Assembly (NCBI GenBank): GCA_963812015.1 | Contig: CAWETI010000002.1 | Location: forward strand, 1,440,001-1,504,000 | Origin: an uncultured delta proteobacterium | Lineage (GTDB): Bacteria; Desulfobacterota; Desulfobaccia; Desulfobaccales; 0-14-0-80-60-11 | Reading direction: 5' to 3' | Length of the DNA: 64,000 bases | Part shown: one piece after another, positions 37,099-47,671 of the stretch | Layout of the letters: every line of letters starts with the position of its first letter | Numbering within the stretch: position 1 is the first letter of the stretch | Position numbers and translations under genes: made by a program | Notes under the pieces: model-generated | Database searches by the model: none | Told to the model about the DNA's origin: nothing | The model's input: only the letters and a program-made list of their open reading frames with translations

Positions 37099-37956
37099 TT
37101 ATTCAACCGTCACGTTTTGGGATTTGGTCTTATAGGATCTGACCTCGATGATCTTGGGCCGGGGGCGGCGGGGGGTGTCCGCAGGTTTCTCCGCCTGGAG
37201 GTCTTCTGACTTGCTTCCCTTCTGGCGCGTTTTGGCGCCTTTCCCGGGGGTGGCAGGGGCAGCCTTGGCGTTGTCTTTGGGGGCGTTTACTGCCTGGCTC
37301 GGTCCCCCATAGGTTCCCATCACGTTGGTGACAAAGACCTGGGTTTCCTGATAGGGCGGAATGGCGCCGTACTTGGCCACGCTTTCCGGCCCGGCGTTAT
37401 AGGCGGCCACGGCCAGGGGCACATTGTGCTGAAAGCGGTCCAGACAGCTCCGCAGGTATCCCACCCCGCCGGCGATGTTCTGTTCCAGGTCAAGGGGGTC
37501 CCTCACTCCCATGAGGGCGGCGGTGCCGGGCATGAGCTGCATCAACCCCTGGGCTCCTTTGGGTGACACGGCGGTGGCATTGAAGCCCGATTCGTGGCGC
37601 ATCACGGCCCGCACCAGCGAGGGGTCAACCCCGTATAATTGAGCATATTTGTGGATCAGGCCCTCCACCCGGGGATCCCTGGGGCTTAAGGGTCCCTTAA
37701 CGGTAGATACGCCCGGCTGCCCACAAACCCGCGGCCAGACCCGGGTTTTGTTATTGAAAATATAGACTTGCACTTCCCGGCCCAAAAGCTCGTAAAGGGT
37801 GTCTTCCGAGCCCTGAGTTTTCTTGGCTGGCTTGGCGTCAGGGTTTTCAATGACCAGGCTGCCGTCCCGGGACAGGATCTTGGCGGCGGCCAGGGCCGAA
37901 CCCGCCAGCGGGGGCAGAGCCAAAATCACGGACAGGATAAATATTACTCTCCGCAT
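37099..37956 (-). CDS. Lytic transglycosylase (SLT domain)
   Basis: AVMRHESGFN..AVSPKGAQGLMQLMP, AAYNAGP, ETQ.FV; signal peptide. Confidence 0.92.
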   Translation of the reverse strand: MRRVIFILSVILALPPLAGSALAAAKILSRDGSLVIENPDAKPAKKTQGSEDTLYELLGREVQVYIFNNKTRVWPRVCGQPGVSTVKGPLSPRDPRVEGLIHKYAQLYGVDPSLVRAVMRHESGFNATAVSPKGAQGLMQLMPGTAALMGVRDPLDLEQNIAGGVGYLRSCLDRFQHNVPLAVAAYNAGPESVAKYGAIPPYQETQVFVTNVMGTYGGPSQAVNAPKDNAKAAPATPGKGAKTRQKGSKSEDLQAEKPADTPRRPRPKIIEVRSYKTKSQNVTVE

Positions 37957-38313
37957 AACTTATATTTTATTCGCTATTTATGGGTTTTTGTCAAGAACGA
38001 ATTGCGCAGGCAGGTAATTTTATCCCAGGCAAAGGTCGCCCTTATTGTCGGATTCAGGTCAATTGTCGTATGAGCAACCCGTCGTGTCTATCGGCAATGC
38101 TGTGGGTGGCCCGGGACCGTCTTCTTGCCCCCCGCTTCGAGACTCCTGCCGCATTATTATTTGCATAAGCTCATAACAACAGGAAGTTCAACTTATCAAT
38201 AATCTTACAAAATAATCTTAATGGCCTCCAGAAAGATTGTTTGTCAGATGAGATAAGGTGAGGTAATATTCAACGAGCACCTTTAGTCAGCCCTCGACCA
38301 TGGATGGTCCGGC

Positions 38314-40746
38314 ATGCTTTCCCCGGTATCGTACGACAGCCAGCAAAAATTAACCCCCGATCCCCAGGGGCCGCACCCGCCGGGCTGCATCCTGGGGGCC
38401 CGACCAGTGGGTCGACCCCTGGTACCCGTGACCCTGGCCCTGATGGCGGGGATTGCCGCCCCGGCCTGGGGCCTGCACCTGCCGTCGATCTGGCTGCTGG
38501 GGGGGGCGCTGGCTCTCTGGGGCGCCTTGGCCCTCCTCTGGTGGCAACGGCGTCCGGCCCGCTTCCTGCCCCTGATCTTTTTCGGGCTCCTGGGAGTGGC
38601 TTTCTCCCAACAGGCCTGGCAGCCGGATTTTCCGGCCTGGCACCTCAATCACCTGCCCGAAAACCAAAATTTGACCCTGTGGGGCCACCTGAGCCGGCCC
38701 AGCAAGCTCGGGGAGGGACAGGTTCAGCTTTTTGTGGAGACCGAGGCCTGGCGGAGTCCCTGGGGCTGGCGCCCGGCGACCGGGAATCTCCTGGTGGTGG
38801 CGCCGGTGCCGGAGCCTCCGCCGGTGGGCACCGGCCTGGTGATCCGGGGGCGCCTCCACCCACCCCGGATGCTGCACAACCCCGGGACGTTCAATCGCCC
38901 CCGCTACCTGGCGGCGGACGGGATTTTCCGGGAGATGCGGCTTCCGGATCAGGATCGCCTCACCCTTCTGGCCTCAAGGGAAGCCTATCCCTGGAGCGAG
39001 AGGCTCCGCGGCGGCATTCGGCAGCGCTTGCGGGAGCTGGACCCGGCCGGCCGGGCCATCTACCTGGCCATGCTCCTGGGGGACCAGGGCGAGATCACCC
39101 AAGAGATGCGCCATAATTTTGCCCGCACCGGCACCAGCCACCTGCTGGTCATCAACGGCCTGCACTTAGGCATGGTGGCCGCGGTCACCTATTTTCTCAG
39201 TTTTTGGCTCCTGCGGCGCTTTCCCTGGCTCCTGGTGCGCCTCAACGTGGTCAAGACCGCCACCCTGCTGTCGGCCATCCCGGTGGTGTTCTATGCCTGG
39301 GTGGCCGGGGGGTCGCCCTCCACCCAGCGGGCCGAGGTCATGGTGCTGGCCTACCTCCTTTTGGTCTTCCTGGGGCGCCCCGGGGAAGTCTGGAGCGCCC
39401 TGGCCCTGGCGGCCCTGGTCATCTTGAGCCTCGCCCCCCTCCGCCTCTTTGCCATCTCCTTCCAGCTCTCTTTTGTATCAGTTGCTGCCTTGGCTTACAT
39501 AATCCCTCGAATGGTTTCCCGGCTGGAGGGAGCTACCGTTTATCTATCCTCGTACTTGAGTACACGCTTGAGGTTATGGGCCTTAGAGTGGTTATTGGTT
39601 TCCATAGTGGCCACTCTGGCCACCTGGCCCTTGGTAGCCGCTTACTTCCAAGTGACATCCCTTTACGGTTTCATGGTTAATTACGTGGTCATTCCCCTGG
39701 TCCTGCTCCTGGCCCTGCCGTTGGGGGAGGCCGCGGTCTTCGCCCAGGCCGTTTCTCTGACTCCGGTGGCCGATGTCCTGCTCTGGGTGGGAAAACTCCC
39801 CCTGTGGCTGGGCTATCAGGTGATCCAGTGGGGGGCCAAGGTTCCCGGCAGCGCCATCATCATGCCCACCCCCACCTGGCTGATGATCGCCGCCTACTAT
39901 GTCATCCTGATCCTGGTGTTGGCGCCCCGGCGCACCTACCTGACCTGGACCGGGGCGGCCCTGGCGGGTTTGGTGTTGGTGACGGGCGCGGCCCTGCCCC
40001 TGGCCACGGTTCCCCAGGCCCTGGAGGTGACCTGCCTGGACACTTTCGGTGGGCTCCAGGGGGTGGTGGTGAGCCCCGAGAACCGGCGCCTGGTGGTCTC
40101 GGCCGCGGCGCCGACCTGGCCGGGAGCACCGGCGCCGGGATGGGGGCCGTTGCCGGGATACTGCCATTGGCGGCAATTCCGGCGCCTTGACCTGGCGATC
40201 GCCTTGAACCTGAGCGAGGCTAACGCCGGGGAACTGTTCACCCTGGACCAGCAGTTCAGCGTGGGGTCATGGTGGTATGGACTTCGGGGGCGGGAGGGGC
40301 CGAATTATTGGGAATTGTGGAATTACCTGGGGGATAGGAAGAGGCTGCCCCGGTCCCTGGAGCAGGGCAGCCCCCCGGCCGCCATGGGCAGTGTGGACTT
40401 GAAGTATGTGAAGCTGGCCGCGGACGCGCCGCCGGCCCTGGAAGTCGCCTATCAAGGCCGCCGGGTCTGGCTCATCCCGCCGGTGGGGGGGCTTACGGCT
40501 GACGATCTCCCAGCCGTGGCCGGCCCCCTGGAGGCGCTGGTTCTCCCCGCCGATCTGGCCGCCCCCGGGGACCGCAAATCCATAATGGACCGCCTGAACC
40601 CCCAGCGGGTGGTCATCTATGGCGACCCCAGCCGGTCCGGCGCGGCCCGGACCCCCTGGCCGGTGCCCTGCCAGTTCACCCGGGAGGGGGCGGTGAGCCT
40701 CTACCTGGCCGCCTCCGGGGTAACCGCCCGTCAGTGGCGGCCGTAA
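38314..40746 (+). CDS. comEC: ComEC/Rec2 competence membrane protein
   Basis: N-terminal OB-like region (NPGTFN), GTSHLLVINGLHLG, PSTQRA.VM, SFQLSF; degenerate C-terminal beta-lactamase-like domain. Confidence 0.88.
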   Translation: MLSPVSYDSQQKLTPDPQGPHPPGCILGARPVGRPLVPVTLALMAGIAAPAWGLHLPSIWLLGGALALWGALALLWWQRRPARFLPLIFFGLLGVAFSQQAWQPDFPAWHLNHLPENQNLTLWGHLSRPSKLGEGQVQLFVETEAWRSPWGWRPATGNLLVVAPVPEPPPVGTGLVIRGRLHPPRMLHNPGTFNRPRYLAADGIFREMRLPDQDRLTLLASREAYPWSERLRGGIRQRLRELDPAGRAIYLAMLLGDQGEITQEMRHNFARTGTSHLLVINGLHLGMVAAVTYFLSFWLLRRFPWLLVRLNVVKTATLLSAIPVVFYAWVAGGSPSTQRAEVMVLAYLLLVFLGRPGEVWSALALAALVILSLAPLRLFAISFQLSFVSVAALAYIIPRMVSRLEGATVYLSSYLSTRLRLWALEWLLVSIVATLATWPLVAAYFQVTSLYGFMVNYVVIPLVLLLALPLGEAAVFAQAVSLTPVADVLLWVGKLPLWLGYQVIQWGAKVPGSAIIMPTPTWLMIAAYYVILILVLAPRRTYLTWTGAALAGLVLVTGAALPLATVPQALEVTCLDTFGGLQGVVVSPENRRLVVSAAAPTWPGAPAPGWGPLPGYCHWRQFRRLDLAIALNLSEANAGELFTLDQQFSVGSWWYGLRGREGPNYWELWNYLGDRKRLPRSLEQGSPPAAMGSVDLKYVKLAADAPPALEVAYQGRRVWLIPPVGGLTADDLPAVAGPLEALVLPADLAAPGDRKSIMDRLNPQRVVIYGDPSRSGAARTPWPVPCQFTREGAVSLYLAASGVTARQWRP

Positions 40747-40837
40747 GGTTCATGCCAAGTTAAGATCTCGCAACCAGGTTTTGAGAGGGGGGCCGGGGGA
40801 AGCCCTTACGAAAAAATCCCCCGACCTCAAAGGTTTT

Positions 40838-41002
40838 TCAGCTCTTCCGGGAGGTCTTGGGCATGAAGTGGCTCATTTGTTGCTTCACTTCAACGGAGTT
40901 GCACTTGGGGCAAATGATGCGGCCGGCCTCGTATTCCGTCAGGCTCATGATGCGCATAAATTCTGCCCCACACTTGACACACACATATTCATAGGTCGGC
41001 AT
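40838..41002 (-). CDS. FmdB-family zinc-ribbon protein
   Basis: MPTYEYVCVKCG...CPKCNS; AGGAGGAG RBS. Confidence 0.9.
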   Translation of the reverse strand: MPTYEYVCVKCGAEFMRIMSLTEYEAGRIICPKCNSVEVKQQMSHFMPKTSRKS

Positions 41003-41322
41003 GGCACTCCTCCTGATTCGCAAGATAATAATTCACTAATAATAATAAGAGCTTGTCCGGCTGAAGGCAAGGGCTGTCCCCGGGCGGGGAGAAAAGTTTG
41101 CCCCAGACGGGGGGACGGGTAGGAGGCCGGAAGGTCATTATCGCCTTGATAAATCATTGCCGGACCCCAGCGCCCCTCAATTTTGTGATAAAAACTTGGT
41201 TGCGGAAAGAACGATATCTTCAACGGGGTTTTAACTTCTCCCTGTTTATAGAAGGGGCCTTTCCTACTTCGGACTAACGATCGCTCCTTTTAAAATCTCT
41301 CGCTGATTTTGGCAGTTACCTG

Positions 41323-42180
41323 CTATGGTCTGCCTGCTGGGAGAAGCGGGGTCCCCGGCACCAGGCTTCGGGCCACCAGGAGGTTGTACCATTCATAGCT
41401 CTGGTGCGGTTTCGGGGTCTCCATGATGGCGGCTTCGGCTTTGAGCCAGGGATGGGAAAGCAAGTGCCGCAGGCCCGTGAGGCCGATGGCGCCTTGGCCC
41501 AGGTGCCAGTGGCGGTCCCGTCGGGAATTGCAGGGGAGCCGGGAGTCATTGAGATGGATGAGCTTCACCGCGTCCAGTCCCGGGCCCCGGGCCAGTTCCG
41601 CCAACAGCCGCGCCACCCCCTGAGGACTGCTCAGGTCATACCCGGCGCCGAAGGCGTGGGCCGTATCCAGGCACAATCCCAGGGGTACGCCGCTCAAGGT
41701 GATGATCCGTTCCAGGTGCTGGAAACGCCAGCCCAGTTCCCGGCCCTGCCCAGCAGTATTTTCCAGGAGAATGAGGGGGGGCGGCGGTACCTGGGACACC
41801 GCCAGGGCCAGGGCCCGGGCCACCGGTGCGAAGCCGGCCTCCCCCAGGGGTCCATGGCCGGGGTGCACCACCAGGTAGTCGGCTGCCAGTTCCCGGGCCA
41901 GAACCAGTTCCCGCCACAACCTCTCGGTGGATAAGGCATAGAGGGCTGGGTCAGCGGAGGCCAGGTTAGGCAGGTAGCCGAGATGCACCACCAGAGGCCC
42001 CAGCCCGGCCTGACGCCGGGCCCGGCAAAAATCTCGGACCGCCGCGGGGGCCACCGGGCGCCATTTCCAGCCCCGGGGGTTCTGGATAAAGATTTGGAGG
42101 GCCTGGCAGCCCAAAACCTGGGCCTGCTGGACCGCCCGCCGCAAAGACCCGGCGATGGAGAGATGAAAGCCTAAGCGCAT
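41323..42180 (-). CDS. nfo: Endonuclease IV (deoxyribonuclease IV)
   Basis: GFHLSIAG, QIF..NPR, VVHPG, LLENTAGQG, CLDTAH, IHLNDS, DRHWHLG, METP. Confidence 0.93.
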   Translation of the reverse strand: MRLGFHLSIAGSLRRAVQQAQVLGCQALQIFIQNPRGWKWRPVAPAAVRDFCRARRQAGLGPLVVHLGYLPNLASADPALYALSTERLWRELVLARELAADYLVVHPGHGPLGEAGFAPVARALALAVSQVPPPPLILLENTAGQGRELGWRFQHLERIITLSGVPLGLCLDTAHAFGAGYDLSSPQGVARLLAELARGPGLDAVKLIHLNDSRLPCNSRRDRHWHLGQGAIGLTGLRHLLSHPWLKAEAAIMETPKPHQSYEWYNLLVARSLVPGTPLLPAGRP

Positions 42181-42190
42181 GATTAAAGCA

Positions 42191-42385
42191 GGGCGAAAAG
42201 GCGAAAAGGGAAAAAGGCGCATAGGGAATGAAAATAATGAATGATCATGGGAAGCATCCCTTTATTAACCAGTGAATTTAGAGGGCGAAAATGACGAATA
42301 TGGGGCCTCGATTCAGTCCTGGCAATGATTTCCTGAGGCTGCGACTTTCCCCTTTCGCTTCTTCGCCTTTTCCCCGCTTCGCCCC
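42191..42385. repeat. Inverted pair of octamer-like tandem repeats between nfo and lptG
   Basis: GGGCGAAAAGGCGAAAAGGGAAAAAGGCG (42191-42219) and complementary units (42346-42385). Confidence 0.6.
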
Positions 42386-42467
42386 AAAATCTTTTCAGCC
42401 AATGCGCCCGGCGGGTCGGTGGGGTGAAGTAAGTGAAAACTACCAAAATTTCTGATATATAAACAGC

Positions 42468-43571
42468 ATGAATTCCCCCGTGCTTCACCGTTCTCACATC
42501 CTGGAAAACTACGTGGGTCGGGAGTTCCTCAAGCTCATGGGGCTGAGCCTGGTGACCTTCGTGTCCCTGTTCATCGTCGTGGATTTCTTTGAAAAGATCG
42601 ACCGTCTGGTCCGGGCCCAACTGGGAGCGGGAGCACTCTTGGAATATCTTATCCTCAAGCTCCCCTTCGCCATCGGCCAGGTTCTCCCCGCCGCAGTCTT
42701 GCTGGGGGTCATGTTGACCTTCGGCCTCATGTCCCGATCTCACGAAACCATGGCCATCCGCACCTCCGGACTGAACATCCTATCCCTGATCCGGCCGACC
42801 ATCATCTGGTCCGGAGGGGTGGTTCTGCTCCTCCTGGCCCTGAATCTCTACCTGATCCCCTGGAGCCAGGGCCAGCTCGACCTGTTCTGGCAGACCCAGG
42901 TGGACAAGAAGCCGCCCCGCGACCTGCACAACATCGAACACTTCTGGTACAAAGGCGACCAAGCCATCTATAACATCGTCATGTTCCGGAAAGATATCCA
43001 GACCCTGGAAGGGGTAAAAATTTATCTCTTTGACCGCCAGTTTCACCTGGTGCAGATCATCGCCGCAGCCCGGGCCCAATGGCAGGGTGACCACTGGCGG
43101 TTCTCCCAGGGCTATGTGCAGTTCTTCGACCCAACCACCGGCGCCGTCACCGGGGAGAAGTTCCAGCAGCGGGACCTGGTGCTCACGGAACACCCCAAGG
43201 ACTTTGCCGACCTGGAAAAAAAAGTTACGGAAATGGATGTGGGTGAGCTCTATCTCTACACGGAACGCCTGGAGCGGGATGGCTATAAATCCACCCCCTA
43301 CCGGGTGGACCTCTACAGCCGCTTTTCCCTGTCGATGACCCCGTTGATCCTGGTAATTCTGGGTCTGGGGTTGGCCCTGCGCCATGAACAGATTCACCTC
43401 ACCTCCATGGTGGCAGTGGGTTTGGGGCTCTTGTTCGGATATTGGCTGTTTTTTGGATTCTGCGCCTCGTTCGGCCAGGCCGGCAGCATTCCTCCGCTGT
43501 TGGCCGTCATCGCCCCTCACCTGGCCTTCGGTGCGTTGGCCGTGGCGCTGCTTCGCCAGGTGACCAGGTAA
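42468..43571 (+). CDS. lptG: LPS export ABC transporter permease LptG (LptF/LptG family)
   Basis: YVGREFL N-terminus, LPAAVLLG, E..AIRTSGL, periplasmic middle region, three C-terminal TM segments. Confidence 0.85.
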   Translation: MNSPVLHRSHILENYVGREFLKLMGLSLVTFVSLFIVVDFFEKIDRLVRAQLGAGALLEYLILKLPFAIGQVLPAAVLLGVMLTFGLMSRSHETMAIRTSGLNILSLIRPTIIWSGGVVLLLLALNLYLIPWSQGQLDLFWQTQVDKKPPRDLHNIEHFWYKGDQAIYNIVMFRKDIQTLEGVKIYLFDRQFHLVQIIAAARAQWQGDHWRFSQGYVQFFDPTTGAVTGEKFQQRDLVLTEHPKDFADLEKKVTEMDVGELYLYTERLERDGYKSTPYRVDLYSRFSLSMTPLILVILGLGLALRHEQIHLTSMVAVGLGLLFGYWLFFGFCASFGQAGSIPPLLAVIAPHLAFGALAVALLRQVTR

Positions 43572-44050
43572 CCTGCCCCTCAGGGTCGCGACCTCCCCAG
43601 GTTTTCATTCCCCGGTCTGCCGCCATTGGTAAAATGCTGACTTTTTCTCCAGCCACGACGAAAAAGGGGATTGAGGCCGGCTGATGGCCGGCGTCACCGA
43701 CTAGGACTAAAAGCCGTGTTATTTAAACCGGATAAACCATTGGGCGGCTGAATCCCCGAGGGATCCCGCCGTCATCTCTGGTGACGGGGTGGGATACTTT
43801 TGAGAAATGTAAGGATAGACCAAGGTTTTTTTAACATTTTTATTGTCATCCTCCGGGATTTTGTGCTATCAAGGGGAAACTGTAACCTCGGGTGTATACG
43901 GGCTTTGGGATTAAATCGAGAGCCGTTCGCCGGGGGACAAAAACAACTTAAAGGGGGGATGGGCGTCGGGGTACCCATTTTCCGAAATTTTGGGCGCATC
44001 GTTAATGGTCAGGTAGTTAACCGTCAACCAGGAGGAAGGGAGAGAGAGTT

Positions 44051-44323
44051 ATGACCAAAGCAGAATTGATTGCGCAAGTGGCTGGAGAGGCTCAGGTAAG
44101 GAAGGTGGACGCGGAAAAGGCCATCAACAGCTTGATCAGGATTGTTTCAGCGGCTCTTAAGAGCCAGGGCCGTTTGGCTTTGGCCGGCTTCGGCACCTTT
44201 ATGGTAACGGAGCGCAAAGCCCGGGAAGGCCGGAATCCCCAGACCGGCAGCCCCATCAAGATTCCCGCCACCAAGGTGGTAAAATTTAAACCTGGGAAAC
44301 AGCTGAAAGATTCCGTTAAGTAG
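44051..44323 (+). CDS. HU-family DNA-binding protein
   Basis: MTKAELI, GFGTF...RKAREGRNPQTG..I.IPA...FKPGK.LK. Confidence 0.95.
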   Translation: MTKAELIAQVAGEAQVRKVDAEKAINSLIRIVSAALKSQGRLALAGFGTFMVTERKAREGRNPQTGSPIKIPATKVVKFKPGKQLKDSVK

Positions 44324-44741
44324 GGCGCCAGGGCCAGGATCGTTCCGACTGTATACCCAGGGGTAACTCTCTGGGGCAGGCAGCGGATCAAGACCGCGGG
44401 ATCTCAGCCGGCTCCCCCCGGTGGAACCCGGAAAGGTTGGAACGGCCTGGAGGCGAAACCTACTCCAAAGATCAAGGCAACAGCGGCAGTTCCGGCGAGA
44501 TGATACGCTTGGTCGGCTTGAGGCCGCGTTTGCTCTTGAGGTTTTTTCGGGGGCACAAACCCCATACGGGCAGGATGCGTGACATCCAAGGAGCGGATTG
44601 GTCACCGCCGAATTCAGTTAAGAACTAGTTATGTATCCGGGTATCTAAGCGTACTGGGCCATGTTCCGGCCCGGAACGCACGTTGACCCATTCATCACCC
44701 CCACAACCCCATCACCGATCGGATTGGATTTAGAGTTGACG

Positions 44742-44773
44742 AGAGGGCGGGAAAATACCGGTTCCCGCCCTCT
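44742..44773. terminator. Hairpin immediately downstream of selA
   Basis: AGAGGGCGGGAA/TTCCCGCCCTCT 12-bp stem; no clear U-tract. Confidence 0.45.
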
Positions 44774-44775
44774 TA

Positions 44776-46194
44776 CTATGTGAGGTCCGCCATCGCCTCC
44801 GAAAGGGCGGCCATTAGGGCCTCCTGATCCCCGGGCAGCATGGTGCGCAGGTCCAGCAGCACCACCCCGTGTTCTACCCGGGCGATGACCGGGGTACTGG
44901 CCTGGCGCAGCCGGACTTCCAGGTCCTGGGGGGCCAGGGGGGGGGCGGTGAGGGCCAGGGCCCGACTGGCCAGGGGGGCCTGGGGCAGGGACCCGCCGCC
45001 GGCCCGGGCTTCGCTGCTCACCACGTTTACTTTCAGACGGGACCCGAAGCGGCGCCGCAGTCGCCGGGCCAGGCTTCGGGCCTGGCGGTCCAACTCCGCC
45101 ACCGGCCGGGTCAGCATCCGAAGGGTCGGGATCTCCGCCAGGGCCCGGGGCTCCTCCAGATAGAGGCGCAGGGTGGCCTCCAGGGCCGCCAGGGTCATCT
45201 TGTCGGGACGCAGGGCCCGGGTCATCGGGTTGTTGCGTAAGGCCCCCACGACTTCCCGGTTCCCCAGGATCAAACCGGCCTGGGGCCCGCCCAGGAGCTT
45301 GTCGCCGGAAAACAACACCAGGTCGGCGCCGGCCTTCAGGGTTTCCTGGACCGTGGGCTCCTTTTCCAGGCCGTACCGGCTCAAATCCACCAGGCAACCG
45401 CTCCCCAGGTCTTCCACCACCATCAGCTCGTACTGCCGGCCCAGGGTTACCATTTCCGCCAAGGTCACTTCGTGGGTGAAGCCCATGATGCGGAAATTGC
45501 TAGGGTGGACCTTGAGGAGGACGGCGGTCTCGGAGGTGATGGCCTTCTCGAAATCCTTGAGATAGGTCTTGTTGGTGGTGCCGACCTCCCGGAGGATGGC
45601 GCCGCTGGCCGCCATGATCTCCGGCATGCGGAAAGAGCCGCCGATTTCCACCAGTTGGCCCCGGGAGATGATCACTTCTTTGCCCGGGGCCAGGGTGTTG
45701 AGGGCCAGAAGCACCGCGGCGGCGTTGTTGTTGACCACCAGGACCCCCGGGGCACCGGTGAGTTCTTGCAGCACCCCTTCCAGATGATCCTGGCGGGACC
45801 CCCGGGCCCCTTGGGCCAGGTCGTATTCCAGGGTGTTGTAGTGGCTGGCCACCTCCAGCAACTGCGCCAGGCAGGCCTCACTTAGGGGCGAGCGTCCCAA
45901 ATTGGTGTGGATGACCACCCCGGTGGCGTTGACCACCCGGCGCAGCGACGGTTTGGCCGCGGCCGCCAGGGCCTCATGGAGGTCCCGGAGCAGGGCCGCC
46001 TCGTCCAGTTGGGGGGGCAGAGCCTCCGGGAGCGTGGCGTTGATGGTCCGGCGCTGGGCCTCCAGGACCCGGCGCACCACCGATGCGGCCAGGGACCGGG
46101 GCAGGGGCCCCACCGCCGAGGCCAGTTCAGGGTGGCGCAGCAATTCGTCCACTTGGGGCAGCTGGCGCAAGAGGTTAACCCGGGTGTGCTCCAT
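44776..46194 (-). CDS. selA: L-seryl-tRNA(Sec) selenium transferase
   Basis: NATGVVIHTNLGRS, VVNNNAAAV, SRGQLVEIGGSFR, EVGTTN, DLGSG, FSGDKLLGGPQAG; AAGGAG RBS before ATG 46194. Confidence 0.95.
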   Translation of the reverse strand: MEHTRVNLLRQLPQVDELLRHPELASAVGPLPRSLAASVVRRVLEAQRRTINATLPEALPPQLDEAALLRDLHEALAAAAKPSLRRVVNATGVVIHTNLGRSPLSEACLAQLLEVASHYNTLEYDLAQGARGSRQDHLEGVLQELTGAPGVLVVNNNAAAVLLALNTLAPGKEVIISRGQLVEIGGSFRMPEIMAASGAILREVGTTNKTYLKDFEKAITSETAVLLKVHPSNFRIMGFTHEVTLAEMVTLGRQYELMVVEDLGSGCLVDLSRYGLEKEPTVQETLKAGADLVLFSGDKLLGGPQAGLILGNREVVGALRNNPMTRALRPDKMTLAALEATLRLYLEEPRALAEIPTLRMLTRPVAELDRQARSLARRLRRRFGSRLKVNVVSSEARAGGGSLPQAPLASRALALTAPPLAPQDLEVRLRQASTPVIARVEHGVVLLDLRTMLPGDQEALMAALSEAMADLT

Positions 46195-46475
46195 GAGACG
46201 CTCCTTTGCACTTCTTTGTATCTTTGTAAGCGAATATGCCACCCTGACACGGGTCTGTCAAATGAAAGGACGCCGGCGCACCGGAACCGGGCGGGACTTG
46301 TGCCGGGCCCGGGCCGCTTGAAACCGTCGGCGATTCAGGGGCAAACCCTTTGATATCCGCATGAAATCGGCAAAGAAGCGCGGGTGCAGCGGCACAACCA
46401 GGAAAGCAGGCTGGCCCATTCCTGAGGGCGCGGTCGATCTCCGGGCGGAAGGGTGGTTACCGGCGGAACAACCCA

Positions 46476-46746
46476 CCGGCTGGAAGCCGGTGCCGTCAGA
46501 ACTTTTCACCCTAGCGCTCCTCCCGGGGTAGCAGAAAATTTGCGGTTAGGCCGGGGAGAGGCGGGCACGGAGGCCCGACCCACCCTTACCGGGCCGGCAC
46601 AGGCGAGACGCCTGTGCCACTAAAGGAAGGAGGGTAGCAGAGGAGGGGGAGGGGGCCAGAACAGGAAGAAAACATGACGGGGAAAAAGGGGAAAAGATTT
46701 GGGGGGAAAAGGGAAAAAGGCGAAAGGGCGAAAAGGGGGAAAAGGG
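46476..46746. repeat. Cluster of REP-like hairpins and octamer repeats upstream of selA
   Basis: CCGGCTGGAAGCCGGTGCC (also at 52329-52347), CACAGGCGAGACGCCTGTG (related to 52285-52298), and AAAAGGGG/AAAAGGCG units. Confidence 0.55.
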
Positions 46747-47174
46747 TAGACCAAGGATTGAGCTGACCGCCATCAAATCGAGATCAGATTAACTCTGATC
46801 TCGTGGACAAAAATTTACCATGCCGGCAGGGGCGGCAATGAAGCTATGATAAGGATATCAATGACTTCTTATGGGTGGTTGAACTGCGTAATATATAGCA
46901 GTGAGCGATACTTTAACACCCTCATGCTTTTGCAACCTCGGGCCTACCATTTTCAGGGATCGGATATCTGGATGACCTGCTCCCCAAAATTTTCAGGTTC
47001 CATCAGATGCCTCGTCTCATTAGCAATCAGCCCCCGACCAGATAAAAGCGACCCGGGAACCTGGGCACTTTCCGTAGTATTCTGGTGCGAAAATCAGGTA
47101 TTTCCTCTCCCATTAATCAGAAAGTTCCCGGATTTCTTTTATTGCCTCAGGGTATTAAATAATAGGCAAATAAT

Positions 47175-47255
47175 ACAGAAAAAGCCAAACCCGTCGTGAG
47201 GCGGGGACGGAAAGCCACGGGTCTCAATTAAACGAGAAAGCCGGGTTGCCTGGGA
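47175..47255 (+). ncRNA. c-di-GMP-I (GEMM-I) riboswitch
   Basis: AGCCAAACCCGTCGTGAGGCGGGGACGGAAAGCCACGGGTCTC...GAGAAAGCCGGGTTGCC matches the recalled GEMM-I pattern, deltaproteobacterial type. Confidence 0.9.
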
Positions 47256-47281
47256 CTTCCACAGGTGATCCGGCTTTTTTT
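47237..47281 (+). terminator. Terminator overlapping the 3' strand of the GEMM aptamer
   Basis: AAAGCCGGGTTGCCTG pairs with CAGGTGATCCGGCTTT, followed by a T-run. Confidence 0.8.
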
Positions 47282-47306
47282 ATGCCTAAAGAGAAGGAGT
47301 AACATA

Positions 47307-47630
47307 ATGAAAACCTTAGTTAGATTGCTTATGACGAAAGCTTCAATCTGCGGGGGGGCGGCGGTCGCAATCCTGATCCTGTTGGGTGCCGCCGCTTATG
47401 CGGATGAGGCTGCACCGACTGGTAACGCCCCGGATGGGTACATATTTACCCTTAACCGAAAGACAGCGGAGACCTTCTACGAGATGAAAGAACAGAGGGT
47501 TAAAGCAGTCCAGTCGCAAAAAGACAAGGAAGAAGAAAAACTCAGTGAACAAAAAAAGATGGCGAAAGTCGATAAAATTCAGCGTAAGACCGGACGCACG
47601 GCTACTTCTTGGCAGCTCATGAACCGGTAG
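47307..47630 (+). CDS. Hypothetical exported/membrane-anchored protein downstream of the riboswitch
   Basis: AAGGAG RBS; hydrophobic segment ending AAAYA-DE; charged helical C-terminus. Confidence 0.7.
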   Translation: MKTLVRLLMTKASICGGAAVAILILLGAAAYADEAAPTGNAPDGYIFTLNRKTAETFYEMKEQRVKAVQSQKDKEEEKLSEQKKMAKVDKIQRKTGRTATSWQLMNR

Positions 47631-47671
47631 TTTATCTGGTCATCGGAGCGGATAATTAAGGAGGGCATAAC

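Noticed and set aside
44324..44740. Small ORFs, a TGA-readthrough selenoprotein or a structured RNA between HU and selA
   Set aside because: The ORFs lack recognisable motifs, readthrough gives no Cys/Sec redox motif, and no known RNA family was recognisable by eye.
46250..46750. Possible tRNA-Sec (selC) or RNase P RNA upstream of selA
   Set aside because: I found no TCA-anticodon cloverleaf and no GAGGAAAGTCC RNase P motif on either strand; the region is explained by REP-like hairpins and simple repeats.
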